Source: Oligoflexia bacterium (lineage in GTDB: Bacteria > Bdellovibrionota > UBA1018). Taken from it: a stretch of 64,000 nt of DNA. The stretch spans positions 31,796 through 95,795 of the forward strand of contig CAIRTR010000232.1 in NCBI GenBank assembly GCA_903881565.1, read 5' to 3'. The notes under the pieces are model-generated. The model was not told where the DNA came from. It searched no databases and saw nothing but the letters and a program-made list of their open reading frames with translations. Of this stretch, positions 34,352-43,009 are shown one piece after another (position 1 is the stretch's first letter; the number at the start of each line of letters is the position of its first letter). A program made the translations under genes and the position numbers.

Positions 34352-35773
34352 TTACCGTTTCAACTCTAATACTGTTTTTAACATTTCGTCTGCCACTTGA
34401 ATCACTTTTGCAGACGCATCAAATGTGTGCTGAAACTGCATCAAATTCGCAGTTTCTTCATCTACCGACACCCCCGAAATTCTCTCCCGCATTTTTCCCA
34501 ACTGCGTATTGATGTCCCGCTGCTGATTAAGGCCCGAACGATTGTGCGCCGAAACCACACCCACATCACTGACAATTGAATTGAACCATTCGTCCAGCGT
34601 CGACTTCCCTTCGTGCATCACCTTCATGTGCTGCAAACCGGAGATAGCCAAGGCAATCCGATTATCACCGGGAGCATCGGGCACTGCAGCCGTCGCGATA
34701 TGATCCACGTTTGACTTTACCTCTTCAGATAAATCAAAAAACTCTGCCGCTCGCTCACGGGCCATCGGGGCTGCGAAGAAGTCAACTCCTTGCAGTCCGC
34801 TTCGAGTAAACCCCTGATTATGGACTTCGTTTACCGATTGAGACAGGTTGTACGCGAGATCATCGAGTTTTGATAAAACAGCGGTTAGCGTTTTATCCCG
34901 AGTCTCAAGCAAGGCACCGATTTTTCCACCCTTGAGTTGATGGGTAATATCTCCGCCTGCACGGGCAGTGGTGCGTAACGAATAAGCTCCCTCGCCTTTT
35001 CCCTGATCATCCGCAGGAGAGCGCTCGACCATCAGTTTTTCGGCTTGGGATCCCGTCACCAAAGGCCCCACTCCTTTGATATCGACCGAAAAATCACCCC
35101 GATGATCTTTGTGAACGCCAAGATCCATCAAGGACCCTAGTTTCTTTAAGACCTGATCCCGCTGATCTCGTAAATCATTGGCCGGAGTCTTGTTCAACTC
35201 CATTTGCGTGATATTTAAATTAAGCTTCTTCAAATCTTCGGCTAGAGAACTCGCTTCACCCGCATAAGCCTCCACCCGGGAATCAAGGTGATCCCGAACT
35301 TCCATCACTTCGTTTCTCATGCGGTGAAAATCGTTCACCAAGGCCATCGAAGACTCGCGAACGGCTTCACGAATCGATTCATTTTCAGGCTCATTTGCCA
35401 GTTTTCTAAAATCATTAAAAAATCTGGAAATCACACGATTCAACCCTTCGCCGTTGACCTCATTAAAAATGTCCTCGAGTTGTTTGAGGCCCATATCCTT
35501 TTCTTCCATCCCCGCCATGTCACGCGCGCTGTTTCTCAGTTGGCGCTCCAGGTATTCATCATTAATCCGATCAACCCCAGCAACCTCAACCCCGTTTCCT
35601 ACAGAGCCTTTTGGAAGAACACTTCCCTGAGCAGCCGCGGTTTCCATCGTTACTCTCTGTCGAGAATAGCCTTCGGTGTTCGCATTTGCGATGTTATGAC
35701 CGGCGGTCGCGATCGCGGTCTTGGCGGCTGCCATTCCCGATCGACCTGTATTAAGAATGCCGGATACACCCAT
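34352..35773 (-). CDS. flgK: Flagellar hook-associated protein 1 (FlgK)
   Basis: N-terminus SGILNTGRSGMAAAKTAIATAGHNIANANTEGYSRQ and C-terminus ...DEETANLMQFQHTFDASAKVIQVADEMLKTVLEL. Confidence 0.85.
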   Translation of the reverse strand: MGVSGILNTGRSGMAAAKTAIATAGHNIANANTEGYSRQRVTMETAAAQGSVLPKGSVGNGVEVAGVDRINDEYLERQLRNSARDMAGMEEKDMGLKQLEDIFNEVNGEGLNRVISRFFNDFRKLANEPENESIREAVRESSMALVNDFHRMRNEVMEVRDHLDSRVEAYAGEASSLAEDLKKLNLNITQMELNKTPANDLRDQRDQVLKKLGSLMDLGVHKDHRGDFSVDIKGVGPLVTGSQAEKLMVERSPADDQGKGEGAYSLRTTARAGGDITHQLKGGKIGALLETRDKTLTAVLSKLDDLAYNLSQSVNEVHNQGFTRSGLQGVDFFAAPMARERAAEFFDLSEEVKSNVDHIATAAVPDAPGDNRIALAISGLQHMKVMHEGKSTLDEWFNSIVSDVGVVSAHNRSGLNQQRDINTQLGKMRERISGVSVDEETANLMQFQHTFDASAKVIQVADEMLKTVLELKR

Positions 35774-35780
35774 CTAGATT

Positions 35781-36293
35781 TTAAACCTCTTTCGAAATAA
35801 ATCTTCCACCAGGAGGTGGAAGTACTTTTTTTCCATGCTGGCCATACACCTGTGACTTTTTAGAGCCCGACCCAACTGCATTTCCCCTCATCGCGCGAAC
35901 ATGCTCAAGGGAGTGTTGCAAGAACTGCCGATTGTCTTCATTTTGATCCGTGATTCTTTGAATCATGATCACGAGAGTATTTTGAAGGCTTCGAAAATGT
36001 TCTGCCTTCTTGATATCATCTCCCTGCACACGGATAGCAACTTCACTCAGCGTGAGAGTTCCGACAGGTGTTTTAAAGTCCAACGCGACCTCTGCTAACG
36101 TTCGCTGCCGAACGCCCTCTGCCTGTCGAATGGCTTCAATCAACGCTTGTTTTGCGTGAGTGGTTTCATCAATAGTCTTCAAATCAACTTGCACAAGAGC
36201 TTCACGTTCCATACGAACCGTGTCCAGAAGCTGCTTATGCAACCCGACAAGAGTCTGCAAATTTTGAAAAAGATTTTCTAACGATTTATGCAC
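35781..36293 (-). CDS. flgN: FlgN-family flagellar export chaperone (putative)
   Basis: 170-aa helical protein between flgM and flgK, with an N-terminal LENLFQNLQTLVGLHKQLLDTVRMEREAL. Confidence 0.55.
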   Translation of the reverse strand: MHKSLENLFQNLQTLVGLHKQLLDTVRMEREALVQVDLKTIDETTHAKQALIEAIRQAEGVRQRTLAEVALDFKTPVGTLTLSEVAIRVQGDDIKKAEHFRSLQNTLVIMIQRITDQNEDNRQFLQHSLEHVRAMRGNAVGSGSKKSQVYGQHGKKVLPPPGGRFISKEV

Positions 36294-36321
36294 GTCGCAA
36301 TCCTCCTGATCGCGCGTACGT

Positions 36322-36651
36322 TCAGCCGATGTCTACTGTTTTCAGATGATCATCCACCATCTTGTCGGCTATTGCGTCCGCGTTTACTTCATATTTCCCC
36401 GCCGCAATACGGCGCTTGAGTTCCGCAATCTTATCCTCTCGGACATCTGAAGTGTCGGCTGCAACGGACTTTGCTTTCGCAAACTCCTTGCCCTTCGCAG
36501 ACAGATCCGCCTTCACGCTATCGTTCGGCGCGGATTCTCCAGATTTTCCGGATTTTTTAGAATCCTGAGCGGCAGCTGCTTTCCCGGTTTGTCGGGCTCC
36601 GGCTACATCGGCGCCTTGTACTGAATTATTCCCTGATTGATTGACCCTCAT
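36322..36651 (-). CDS. flgM: Anti-sigma-28 factor FlgM
   Basis: The C-terminus KIAELKRRIAAGKYEVNADAIADKMVDDHL is the FlgM signature. The start is chosen at MRVNQSG with SD GGAGGT 5 nt upstream; the ORF-track start at 36783 is upstream read-through. Confidence 0.75.
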   Translation of the reverse strand: MRVNQSGNNSVQGADVAGARQTGKAAAAQDSKKSGKSGESAPNDSVKADLSAKGKEFAKAKSVAADTSDVREDKIAELKRRIAAGKYEVNADAIADKMVDDHLKTVDIG

Positions 36652-37105
36652 CGGTACCTCCTTGCACGTCTTGGGCTCTGACTTCGGCTCGAGTTTCGGT
36701 TCGAGCTTTTCCGACGACTTCTTGCCGCCGGGGGGCTGTTGACCCTCTCTCTTGAGTGTACCTTTGTGCCTCAAGATAAGCAATAATCTGATCAGCCAAT
36801 CCTACTCCACCCACCTGAACCGCCTTTTGAGCATACTCAGAATCTAACATTCCGCGATAGATATTTGTCGCCGGGGACTCAAGGTCCATATCATTTTTAG
36901 GAATCGTTTGCCTCATGGCACTCATCATATGGTCCAAAAACATCGTTTCCATGCCTTCGGCTGCCTTAATTACGCCAGGATCGACTTTAGAGCGATCTAA
37001 ATGATAGACGCGCTGCCCAGGGGTGGACGTCTCCGTCAATTTTCTGGCACCCCCTAAGGGGGAAGGGGGAGGGAGTGGCCTACCCAGGGCGCTGGGTATG
37101 GTCAT
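36626..37105 (-). CDS. flgJ: Flagellar rod-binding protein (FlgJ N-terminal-domain-like, no muramidase domain)
   Basis: IKAAEGMETMFLDHMMSAMRQT matches the FlgJ rod-binding motif and there is no glucosaminidase domain. The 3-prime end overlaps the flgM start. Confidence 0.6.
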   Translation of the reverse strand: MTIPSALGRPLPPPSPLGGARKLTETSTPGQRVYHLDRSKVDPGVIKAAEGMETMFLDHMMSAMRQTIPKNDMDLESPATNIYRGMLDSEYAQKAVQVGGVGLADQIIAYLEAQRYTQERGSTAPRRQEVVGKARTETRAEVRAQDVQGGTDEGQSIRE

Positions 37106-37302
37106 CCTTCCCCCTTCAGCCGCAAAGACAAAGCTCGGTCGCCATCACTCGCATCCTTGCGAGCCTGGCTTGATTCAGAACGAAAGAGACCTACCATCCT
37201 AGCGGGCCGTTTTTCCTGTCCTGTTTCCTGGATATTGCCAACCCCATCTTCCATGATGATTGGGCGTCCGAGCCGCGTCTTGCGGCAACTTGTTTGACTC
37301 AC
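37102..37302 (-). CDS. Small hypothetical ORF (66 aa) between flgI and the flgJ-like gene
   Basis: It fills the gap exactly, with 4-nt overlaps at both ends, which suggests translational coupling. I recognise no similarity. Confidence 0.25.
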   Translation of the reverse strand: MSQTSCRKTRLGRPIIMEDGVGNIQETGQEKRPARMVGLFRSESSQARKDASDGDRALSLRLKGEG

Positions 37303-38339
37303 ATGATCTCCAAATCTGCTTGTAATGCGCCTTCTTGCTTCAAGGACTGAAAAATCGCGGTCAAGTCTTTGGGTTGAACGCCCAAAGCATTCAGCGCCTT
37401 CACAAGATCGGAAACGCTGGAGCCGCCTTTGAATTCGAACACTCGCTCGGGTCGCGTCCCTTTCGGTGCGCCCTTGATCTCGATTGCCAGATCTCCATGC
37501 GCCAATGCTACTGCGGAAATTGGGATATTGCTTCCCATTGTGATCGTTCCTGTTCGCTCATTTAGAACGACTTTCGCACGCGTATCCACGTTCACATTGA
37601 TATTTTCAAGCGTCGCAATAAGATCAACAGAAGTTCCTGTGTAATTGAAAGGGACAACGACATCAATGGTTCCACTGTCGCGAGCGGTTGCGAATTTCCC
37701 GGACAATTCGCCATTAATTAAAGCCGCCACACGAGCTGCGGTGGTGAAGTCCGAACTATGGAGAGAGAGTCTGAAATTCTTCTTTGCTGCAAAATTGGTT
37801 TCGACATCCTTTTCAATCGTTGCGCCACTCACCACTCGCCCTACAGTTGGAAAATTCTTAGTCGTTCCATCCGCGACACTCCCTATACTCACTTGGCCCT
37901 GGGCAACTGCGTAGACCGCCTGATCCCCAGCTCGAAGAGGGGTTACAAGGAGCGTTCCCCCTTCAAGGCTTGCCGAGTCGCCAATGGAGCTCACGGTCAC
38001 ATCAATGAGGTTTCCCACTCGCGCAAATGCAGGTAGTTTTGCCGTAATAATCACAGCTGCCGCATTTTTTGATTTTATTTGCGCATTTCCCTGAATATCT
38101 AGCCCGAGTTTGCCGAAGAGACGAGAGAGGGACTGATTTGTCACTTCTGAACTTGAATCGCCCGTTCCTTTTAGTCCCACGACGATTCCATAGCCAATCA
38201 AGATATTATCACGAACACCCTTCACCGAAGCGATATCCTTGAGTCTCGCAGTGAGCCCCTCTCTGGGAAACGCCAGAGTCAGAAGAGCAAATACAATGAT
38301 GACAATCCGACTAGCGAACTGCTTCAAGCCGATATTCAT
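37299..38339 (-). CDS. flgI: Flagellar P-ring protein FlgI
   Basis: Signal peptide then ARLKDIASVKGVRDNILIGYGIVVGLKGTGD, with canonical FlgI throughout. Confidence 0.9.
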   Translation of the reverse strand: MNIGLKQFASRIVIIVFALLTLAFPREGLTARLKDIASVKGVRDNILIGYGIVVGLKGTGDSSSEVTNQSLSRLFGKLGLDIQGNAQIKSKNAAAVIITAKLPAFARVGNLIDVTVSSIGDSASLEGGTLLVTPLRAGDQAVYAVAQGQVSIGSVADGTTKNFPTVGRVVSGATIEKDVETNFAAKKNFRLSLHSSDFTTAARVAALINGELSGKFATARDSGTIDVVVPFNYTGTSVDLIATLENINVNVDTRAKVVLNERTGTITMGSNIPISAVALAHGDLAIEIKGAPKGTRPERVFEFKGGSSVSDLVKALNALGVQPKDLTAIFQSLKQEGALQADLEIM

Positions 38340-39384
38340 ATAGTTTTCCCGATGTAATTACATCTTCTTCACTGATGTCCGCCCCTTTTACAATCCCCAC
38401 CAACGAAACAAGCCTTGTCCCGCCCCCTTTATAAGGTACCTTACGGATCGCCCGAACTTTATAGTTTCCGTTTGGAAAACGCTCAGTGATTTCGCCCATC
38501 ATGGTATCATCCGCTTTGAGTTCGACGGATCTTGAAAGATCGATATCTGAAACCGTGGCCCGAGGCATCTCTAGCACCATCTTTTTGGAGTCGCCGCCTT
38601 CGGCCTGCATTTCAGCAGGGGCTCGTGCAGGCGCTGCCGCTGATGAAGCAATGGCGTCCTTTTTCTTATCTTTACTGTCTTTATCTTTTTCACTTGGATC
38701 GTCTAGTCCTAGAAGTTTTGCTTTAATGCGATCCTGAGCCCGCGCCAATTCCAGCTGTTTCTCAAGTGGGGTGAGGGTTTTCTTGATTTCATTGAACACT
38801 TCTTTTACAACTTCGGCTTCGACTTTAACTGTAACAATATCGCCCACTGACCGAACTCGGTTCTTCAAAAAATAGTAATTCGTCTGACCACTCGACGCCC
38901 AAAGCGAGCCCTCATTATCTGACTCATCAACAAAGTCAGAACGCGTGGCGCGCGCGGGAGATTTATAAAGCCGTTTTGTCGCGGGTTCTAAGACTGGAGT
39001 TGAACCTGAGCTCACTGCAGACTCTCCCTCTTGCCCCGCGATACCGCCCCGGGAACCTCCGGATTGGCGCATTCCATCCCGACGATTAGCTTCTTGGCGT
39101 GTGGAGCTCACCCAAGAACTGCGGCCTCCACCTTGACTTGCTCCAGGTCCAACGCTCGCAATTCCACGACCGCGTGAATAGTAAGGCTCTTCATCATTAT
39201 TTGCCGCCCCTGATTCTGACATGAGGCCGCGCTCATCCCATGATCCGCCATAAGTTCCTGAATCGGAGCCGTCTCCGTAGTCATCACTTCGACCGCGCAA
39301 GGAGGCGAGGTTCGCACAGGCTCCTAAAAAGAGCGCGCAGACGACCGCAAAAAGAGTCACTATTCTAAGCAGAGAGAGCTTCAT
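38311..39384 (-). CDS. flgH: Flagellar L-ring lipoprotein FlgH (with long low-complexity insertion)
   Basis: Lipobox LFLGAC, FlgH blocks GSLWASSGQTNYYFLKNRVRSVGDIVTVKVEAE and FPNGNYKVRAIRKVPYKGG...LVGIVKGADISEEDVITS, and a Gly/Ser/Arg-rich insert of roughly 120 aa after the signal peptide. Confidence 0.8.
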   Translation of the reverse strand: MKLSLLRIVTLFAVVCALFLGACANLASLRGRSDDYGDGSDSGTYGGSWDERGLMSESGAANNDEEPYYSRGRGIASVGPGASQGGGRSSWVSSTRQEANRRDGMRQSGGSRGGIAGQEGESAVSSGSTPVLEPATKRLYKSPARATRSDFVDESDNEGSLWASSGQTNYYFLKNRVRSVGDIVTVKVEAEVVKEVFNEIKKTLTPLEKQLELARAQDRIKAKLLGLDDPSEKDKDSKDKKKDAIASSAAAPARAPAEMQAEGGDSKKMVLEMPRATVSDIDLSRSVELKADDTMMGEITERFPNGNYKVRAIRKVPYKGGGTRLVSLVGIVKGADISEEDVITSGKLYEYRLEAVR

Positions 39385-40058
39385 AGCTTCACCTCCACTA
39401 CACCGCTCGATTTAAGCTCACCTAAAAGCGCTTTTTTCGTTCGAACCACCATGACACGAACTGGTTGATTGAAGTAGGCGGGCTCTTCAGCGACTCCCGC
39501 AGAGGTGACGACCAAACCCGCGCTTACAAGGTGAATCTGAATCGCATCGCCTCTTCTGATATCCGGGATTCTTTGTGTTGCCGACGAAACAAGCGGCTGA
39601 CCCTCCAAGATGGTTTGGCGGGCTTCGAGCCTTGTAATCTCCTCTTGAGGCGAGAGAATGAGGCCGCGAAACTCATGCGCCTGTCCTACGGCGACATTGA
39701 TTCGTTGAGAAGAGAACTGATTCGGAGTGAGAGCTGCGCCGGGCAGGACTCTCTTATTAGCAACTCTTGCATTGATAAAAGCTGAAAATCCAATTCGACC
39801 TTGAGCGCGCGCGGATCCAGGCTCACCTACCGCGGTAAAATAGGCCTCGCCGCGGCCATTCTCTTCAACACTGGTAACCGAGATATTCTGTTCAGGCACG
39901 CGGCCCGAGAGCCACTCGACATTTGAGGTTAAGGAAATATCAGCTCCAATAAACTGATTGGAGAGTTCATTTTTGATGAGATCTCGCAAATTTATTTCTG
40001 CTGACAGGACGGCCCCAGACCATGTCCCAATCAGTAGAATCGCCCAAATTTTAAACAC
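39381..40058 (-). CDS. flgA: Flagellar basal-body P-ring formation chaperone FlgA
   Basis: Signal peptide, the C-terminal SAF-like ...GDAIQIHLVSAGLVVTSAGVAEE...VRVMVV, and position between flgG and flgH. Confidence 0.7.
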   Translation of the reverse strand: MFKIWAILLIGTWSGAVLSAEINLRDLIKNELSNQFIGADISLTSNVEWLSGRVPEQNISVTSVEENGRGEAYFTAVGEPGSARAQGRIGFSAFINARVANKRVLPGAALTPNQFSSQRINVAVGQAHEFRGLILSPQEEITRLEARQTILEGQPLVSSATQRIPDIRRGDAIQIHLVSAGLVVTSAGVAEEPAYFNQPVRVMVVRTKKALLGELKSSGVVEVKL

Positions 40059-40089
40059 TGCTCGCCCCCTTAGTGTTCTTACCTACTTA

Positions 40090-40872
40090 CTACTTGATGT
40101 TCGCAGTCGCTCCCCACATTTGATCGGCCACTCCCATCACTTTTGTTCCCATCTCATACGCACGCTGCGTGGCAATCATCTCCACCATACTGTTTGCCAC
40201 GTTCACGTTCGAACCTTCTAAAGCCCCTTGCTGAATCAATCCGACACCATTTTCCCCTGGCATTGTTTGATTCGGCGCCCCGGTTGCGGCACTGGGTTTA
40301 TAAAGGCTATCCCCCATTGCATTGAGCCCTTGTTCATTTTGAAAAGTAACGATCTGGATTTGCCCAAGAATGGCCTCGCTCCCATTAGGAAGCTGGGCCT
40401 TCACTTCGCCCGTGTTGTTGATAATGACGTTCAAAGCGTTATTCGGAACCGTAATCTGTGGCACCAGCTGCGCACCGCTCGAAAGCATCATCCGGCCTTG
40501 GGCATCGGTATGAAAAGCTCCGCTCCGTGTATAGGCAATCTCCCCATTTGGAGTTTGGACCGGAAAGAAGCCTTTACCTTCGATCATGAGATCAAAAGGA
40601 TGATACGTCATTTTCGCCGGCCCCTGTTCAAACAGTTTGTGAGACGCTCCCACCTTTACGCCGAGCCCGGTTTGAATTCCTACTGGGCTTTGGGACGAAG
40701 CCCCGAGAGAGCCCCCGGGTTCCTTGATCGTTTCATACATCAAATCTTGGAATTCATTGCGGCTGCGCTTGTAACCATCCGTATTCACGTTGGCCAAGTC
40801 ATTGGAGATGCGCTCGATGTTTGCCGCCTGTGCTTCAAGGCCTGTTGCTGCGGTAGTCAGCGCGCGGATCAT
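40090..40872 (-). CDS. flgG: Flagellar distal rod protein FlgG
   Basis: MIRALTTAATGLEAQAANIERISNDLANVNTDGYKRSR...C-terminal ANSMVEMIATQRAYE. Confidence 0.9.
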   Translation of the reverse strand: MIRALTTAATGLEAQAANIERISNDLANVNTDGYKRSRNEFQDLMYETIKEPGGSLGASSQSPVGIQTGLGVKVGASHKLFEQGPAKMTYHPFDLMIEGKGFFPVQTPNGEIAYTRSGAFHTDAQGRMMLSSGAQLVPQITVPNNALNVIINNTGEVKAQLPNGSEAILGQIQIVTFQNEQGLNAMGDSLYKPSAATGAPNQTMPGENGVGLIQQGALEGSNVNVANSMVEMIATQRAYEMGTKVMGVADQMWGATANIK

Positions 40873-40894
40873 TTATGGCTCTCTTTCAAAAATA

Positions 40895-41788
40895 TCATAA
40901 TTTTCCCAGCTCGTTTACTTCTTTACTCAGAAGTTCGCCGTACGTTTTCATCGCTTTCAAGTCGTGTTCAAAGAGTCGGTTGGCCTGTAAAAGGCGTGTC
41001 ATCTCTTCAACCGGATTCACATTCGATGTTTCAATCAAACCCTGCCGAACTTGCGTGCGTGCGGGTGCAGTGGAAAGGTTTGTGAGATCCGCATTTCCAA
41101 AAAGCACTCCCCCCTGCTTTACGAGTTTTCTGGAGTCATTGAACTCCACCACACTGAGTTTTGCGATGAGATCTTCGCCCGAATAAATCTCACCGCTAGG
41201 GCCAATGGTCAAAACCCCGGGACGATCCCGGAGATTGATAAAACGCGCTGCTGCGGGATTATTCTGATCAACCGCGACTCCTCCTTGAGTCGCAGGCCTT
41301 CCTTGGCCCGGTTGAACAGTGGAAGACGGCTGCGCGGCGGCCAATCCTCCGGCTTGTGAAGCAAGTACTGGATACCCGTCGGAGGTCACTAAGCGGCCAT
41401 CCATGGCCATCTTGAGGCTTCCTTGCCTCGTATAGCGAATCCCCGACGGTGTACTGACTTCCAAGAATCCTGGTCCATCCATCGCCACATCTAATGGCGA
41501 CTGAGTCACTCTCAAATTGCCTTGCTTAAAATTTGTATAGGTTCCGTCCGTGATAACAAAAGCCTGATCTTTACCATCGAGGGGGTAAAGTTCTTTGTCC
41601 TTGATCGGACCACGCGGGACTTCGACACCGTCGTGATTGCGTTCGACAGTGGCAAGATATTCTTTGAAGGTCGGTGCGTCTTTCTTGAATCCCAAGGTAT
41701 CTGCATTAGCAAGATTGTTCGCAACAACATCCACATTCTGTTGCTGAGCAACCGCGCCCGACACTGCTGTCCACATCCCTGTGGCCAT
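40895..41788 (-). CDS. flgF: Flagellar proximal rod protein FlgF
   Basis: MWTAVSGAVAQQQNVDVVANNLANADTLGFKKD...NVNPVEEMTRLLQANRLFE. Confidence 0.8.
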   Translation of the reverse strand: MATGMWTAVSGAVAQQQNVDVVANNLANADTLGFKKDAPTFKEYLATVERNHDGVEVPRGPIKDKELYPLDGKDQAFVITDGTYTNFKQGNLRVTQSPLDVAMDGPGFLEVSTPSGIRYTRQGSLKMAMDGRLVTSDGYPVLASQAGGLAAAQPSSTVQPGQGRPATQGGVAVDQNNPAAARFINLRDRPGVLTIGPSGEIYSGEDLIAKLSVVEFNDSRKLVKQGGVLFGNADLTNLSTAPARTQVRQGLIETSNVNPVEEMTRLLQANRLFEHDLKAMKTYGELLSKEVNELGKL

Positions 41789-42124
41789 TTTTTGTATCCC
41801 CCCTGAGAGTTGCCAAAAGGTTTTGGTTCCTCTCGGGGTTAACTAGAGCAATCGTCATGCCGAAGCAAAAACTTGAGAAATATTTTTTATTTTTTTCTAC
41901 CCTCCCTCGACCGCTGTCGGTGATCTCAAAATATCCATTCGAATTGATAAAGGAATTTCATTGACCGCCAAGGCTTTGGCGCGCCTATTTTCAGCCACTT
42001 TTGTGCGTTTCGAAGGTTTACTACCTGAGCAAAGTTTTCTGGACCGGCAAAATTCTCCACAAGAGAAGGCAAAACTTACCCATATTCACTGGTGAAGCGT
42101 GCCTACCTGTGAGAAAAATGAGGC

Positions 42125-42991
42125 ATGAACCTCCTCATTGCGAAACCCGTTGTCGAAGCGATTCAAGATAAAGTGCACACCCGAGTTGCGGCCTTCACCA
42201 AGAAGTATGGGTTGGCTCCGAAACTTTCCGTGATTCTCGTTGGCGAGGATCCTGCGAGCCAGATCTATACTCGGAAAAAGGGCGAAACCGCGACGAAACT
42301 GGGGATGGCTCATGAAACCCTCGTACTCCCTGCCTCATCAACACCGGAGGACGTTCGGAAAGTGGTGGAGGGCCTGAATCGGGATCCCCAAGTTGCAGGT
42401 ATTCTCATTCAGCGACCCCTCCCAAAAACATTCAAAGAAGAAGAAGTTGTCTATTGGATCGCGCCCGCAAAAGATGTCGATGCTTTTCATCCTGAGAACA
42501 CGGGTCGAATGATCTTGGGCCTTTCGGCTCTCCCTCCCTGTACGCCCGCAGGAATTATGGAGCTCCTCACCTATTATAAAATTCCTGTGGCTGGAAAGAC
42601 TGCCTGCGTTTTAGGTCGAAGTGCCATTGTGGGAAAACCCGTCGCCTCGATGCTCCTCCAGGCGGATGCCACGATCCTGCATTGCCACAGTAAAACCCCG
42701 GATCTTCGGGGTATTTGTAGGCAAGCCGATATTCTTGTGGTCGCAATAGGAAAACCTGAGTTTGTAGACGCCTCTTTTGTGCGGGATGGCGCAGTCGTCA
42801 TCGACGTCGGCGTGAGTCGAAAAGCTGATGGAAAGGTTGTTGGCGATGTGCTCTTCCCTGAGGTCTCAAAAAAGGTTTCCGCCATCACTCCCGTCCCCGG
42901 AGGAGTAGGCCCTATGACGATCGCGGTCCTAATGCAGAATACCATTTCTGCCGCAGAAAATCAGAGGCTTTCCCTGGCCGCAGCCCAATAA
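42125..42991 (+). CDS. folD: Bifunctional methylenetetrahydrofolate dehydrogenase/cyclohydrolase FolD
   Basis: VILVGEDPASQIYTRKK, PCTPAGIMELL and VLGRSAIVGKPVA are conserved FolD blocks. Confidence 0.9.
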   Translation: MNLLIAKPVVEAIQDKVHTRVAAFTKKYGLAPKLSVILVGEDPASQIYTRKKGETATKLGMAHETLVLPASSTPEDVRKVVEGLNRDPQVAGILIQRPLPKTFKEEEVVYWIAPAKDVDAFHPENTGRMILGLSALPPCTPAGIMELLTYYKIPVAGKTACVLGRSAIVGKPVASMLLQADATILHCHSKTPDLRGICRQADILVVAIGKPEFVDASFVRDGAVVIDVGVSRKADGKVVGDVLFPEVSKKVSAITPVPGGVGPMTIAVLMQNTISAAENQRLSLAAAQ

Positions 42992-43009
42992 ATGGTGTAG
43001 ATAGTCTCT

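Noticed and set aside
41789-42124. Search for sigma-28 (TAAA-N15-GCCGATAA) or sigma-54 (TGGCAC-N5-TTGC) promoters for the flgF operon
   Set aside because: No convincing match on the minus strand, and only a weak CCAAAA-gg-TTTTGG palindrome at 41815-41828. The promoter is left unassigned.
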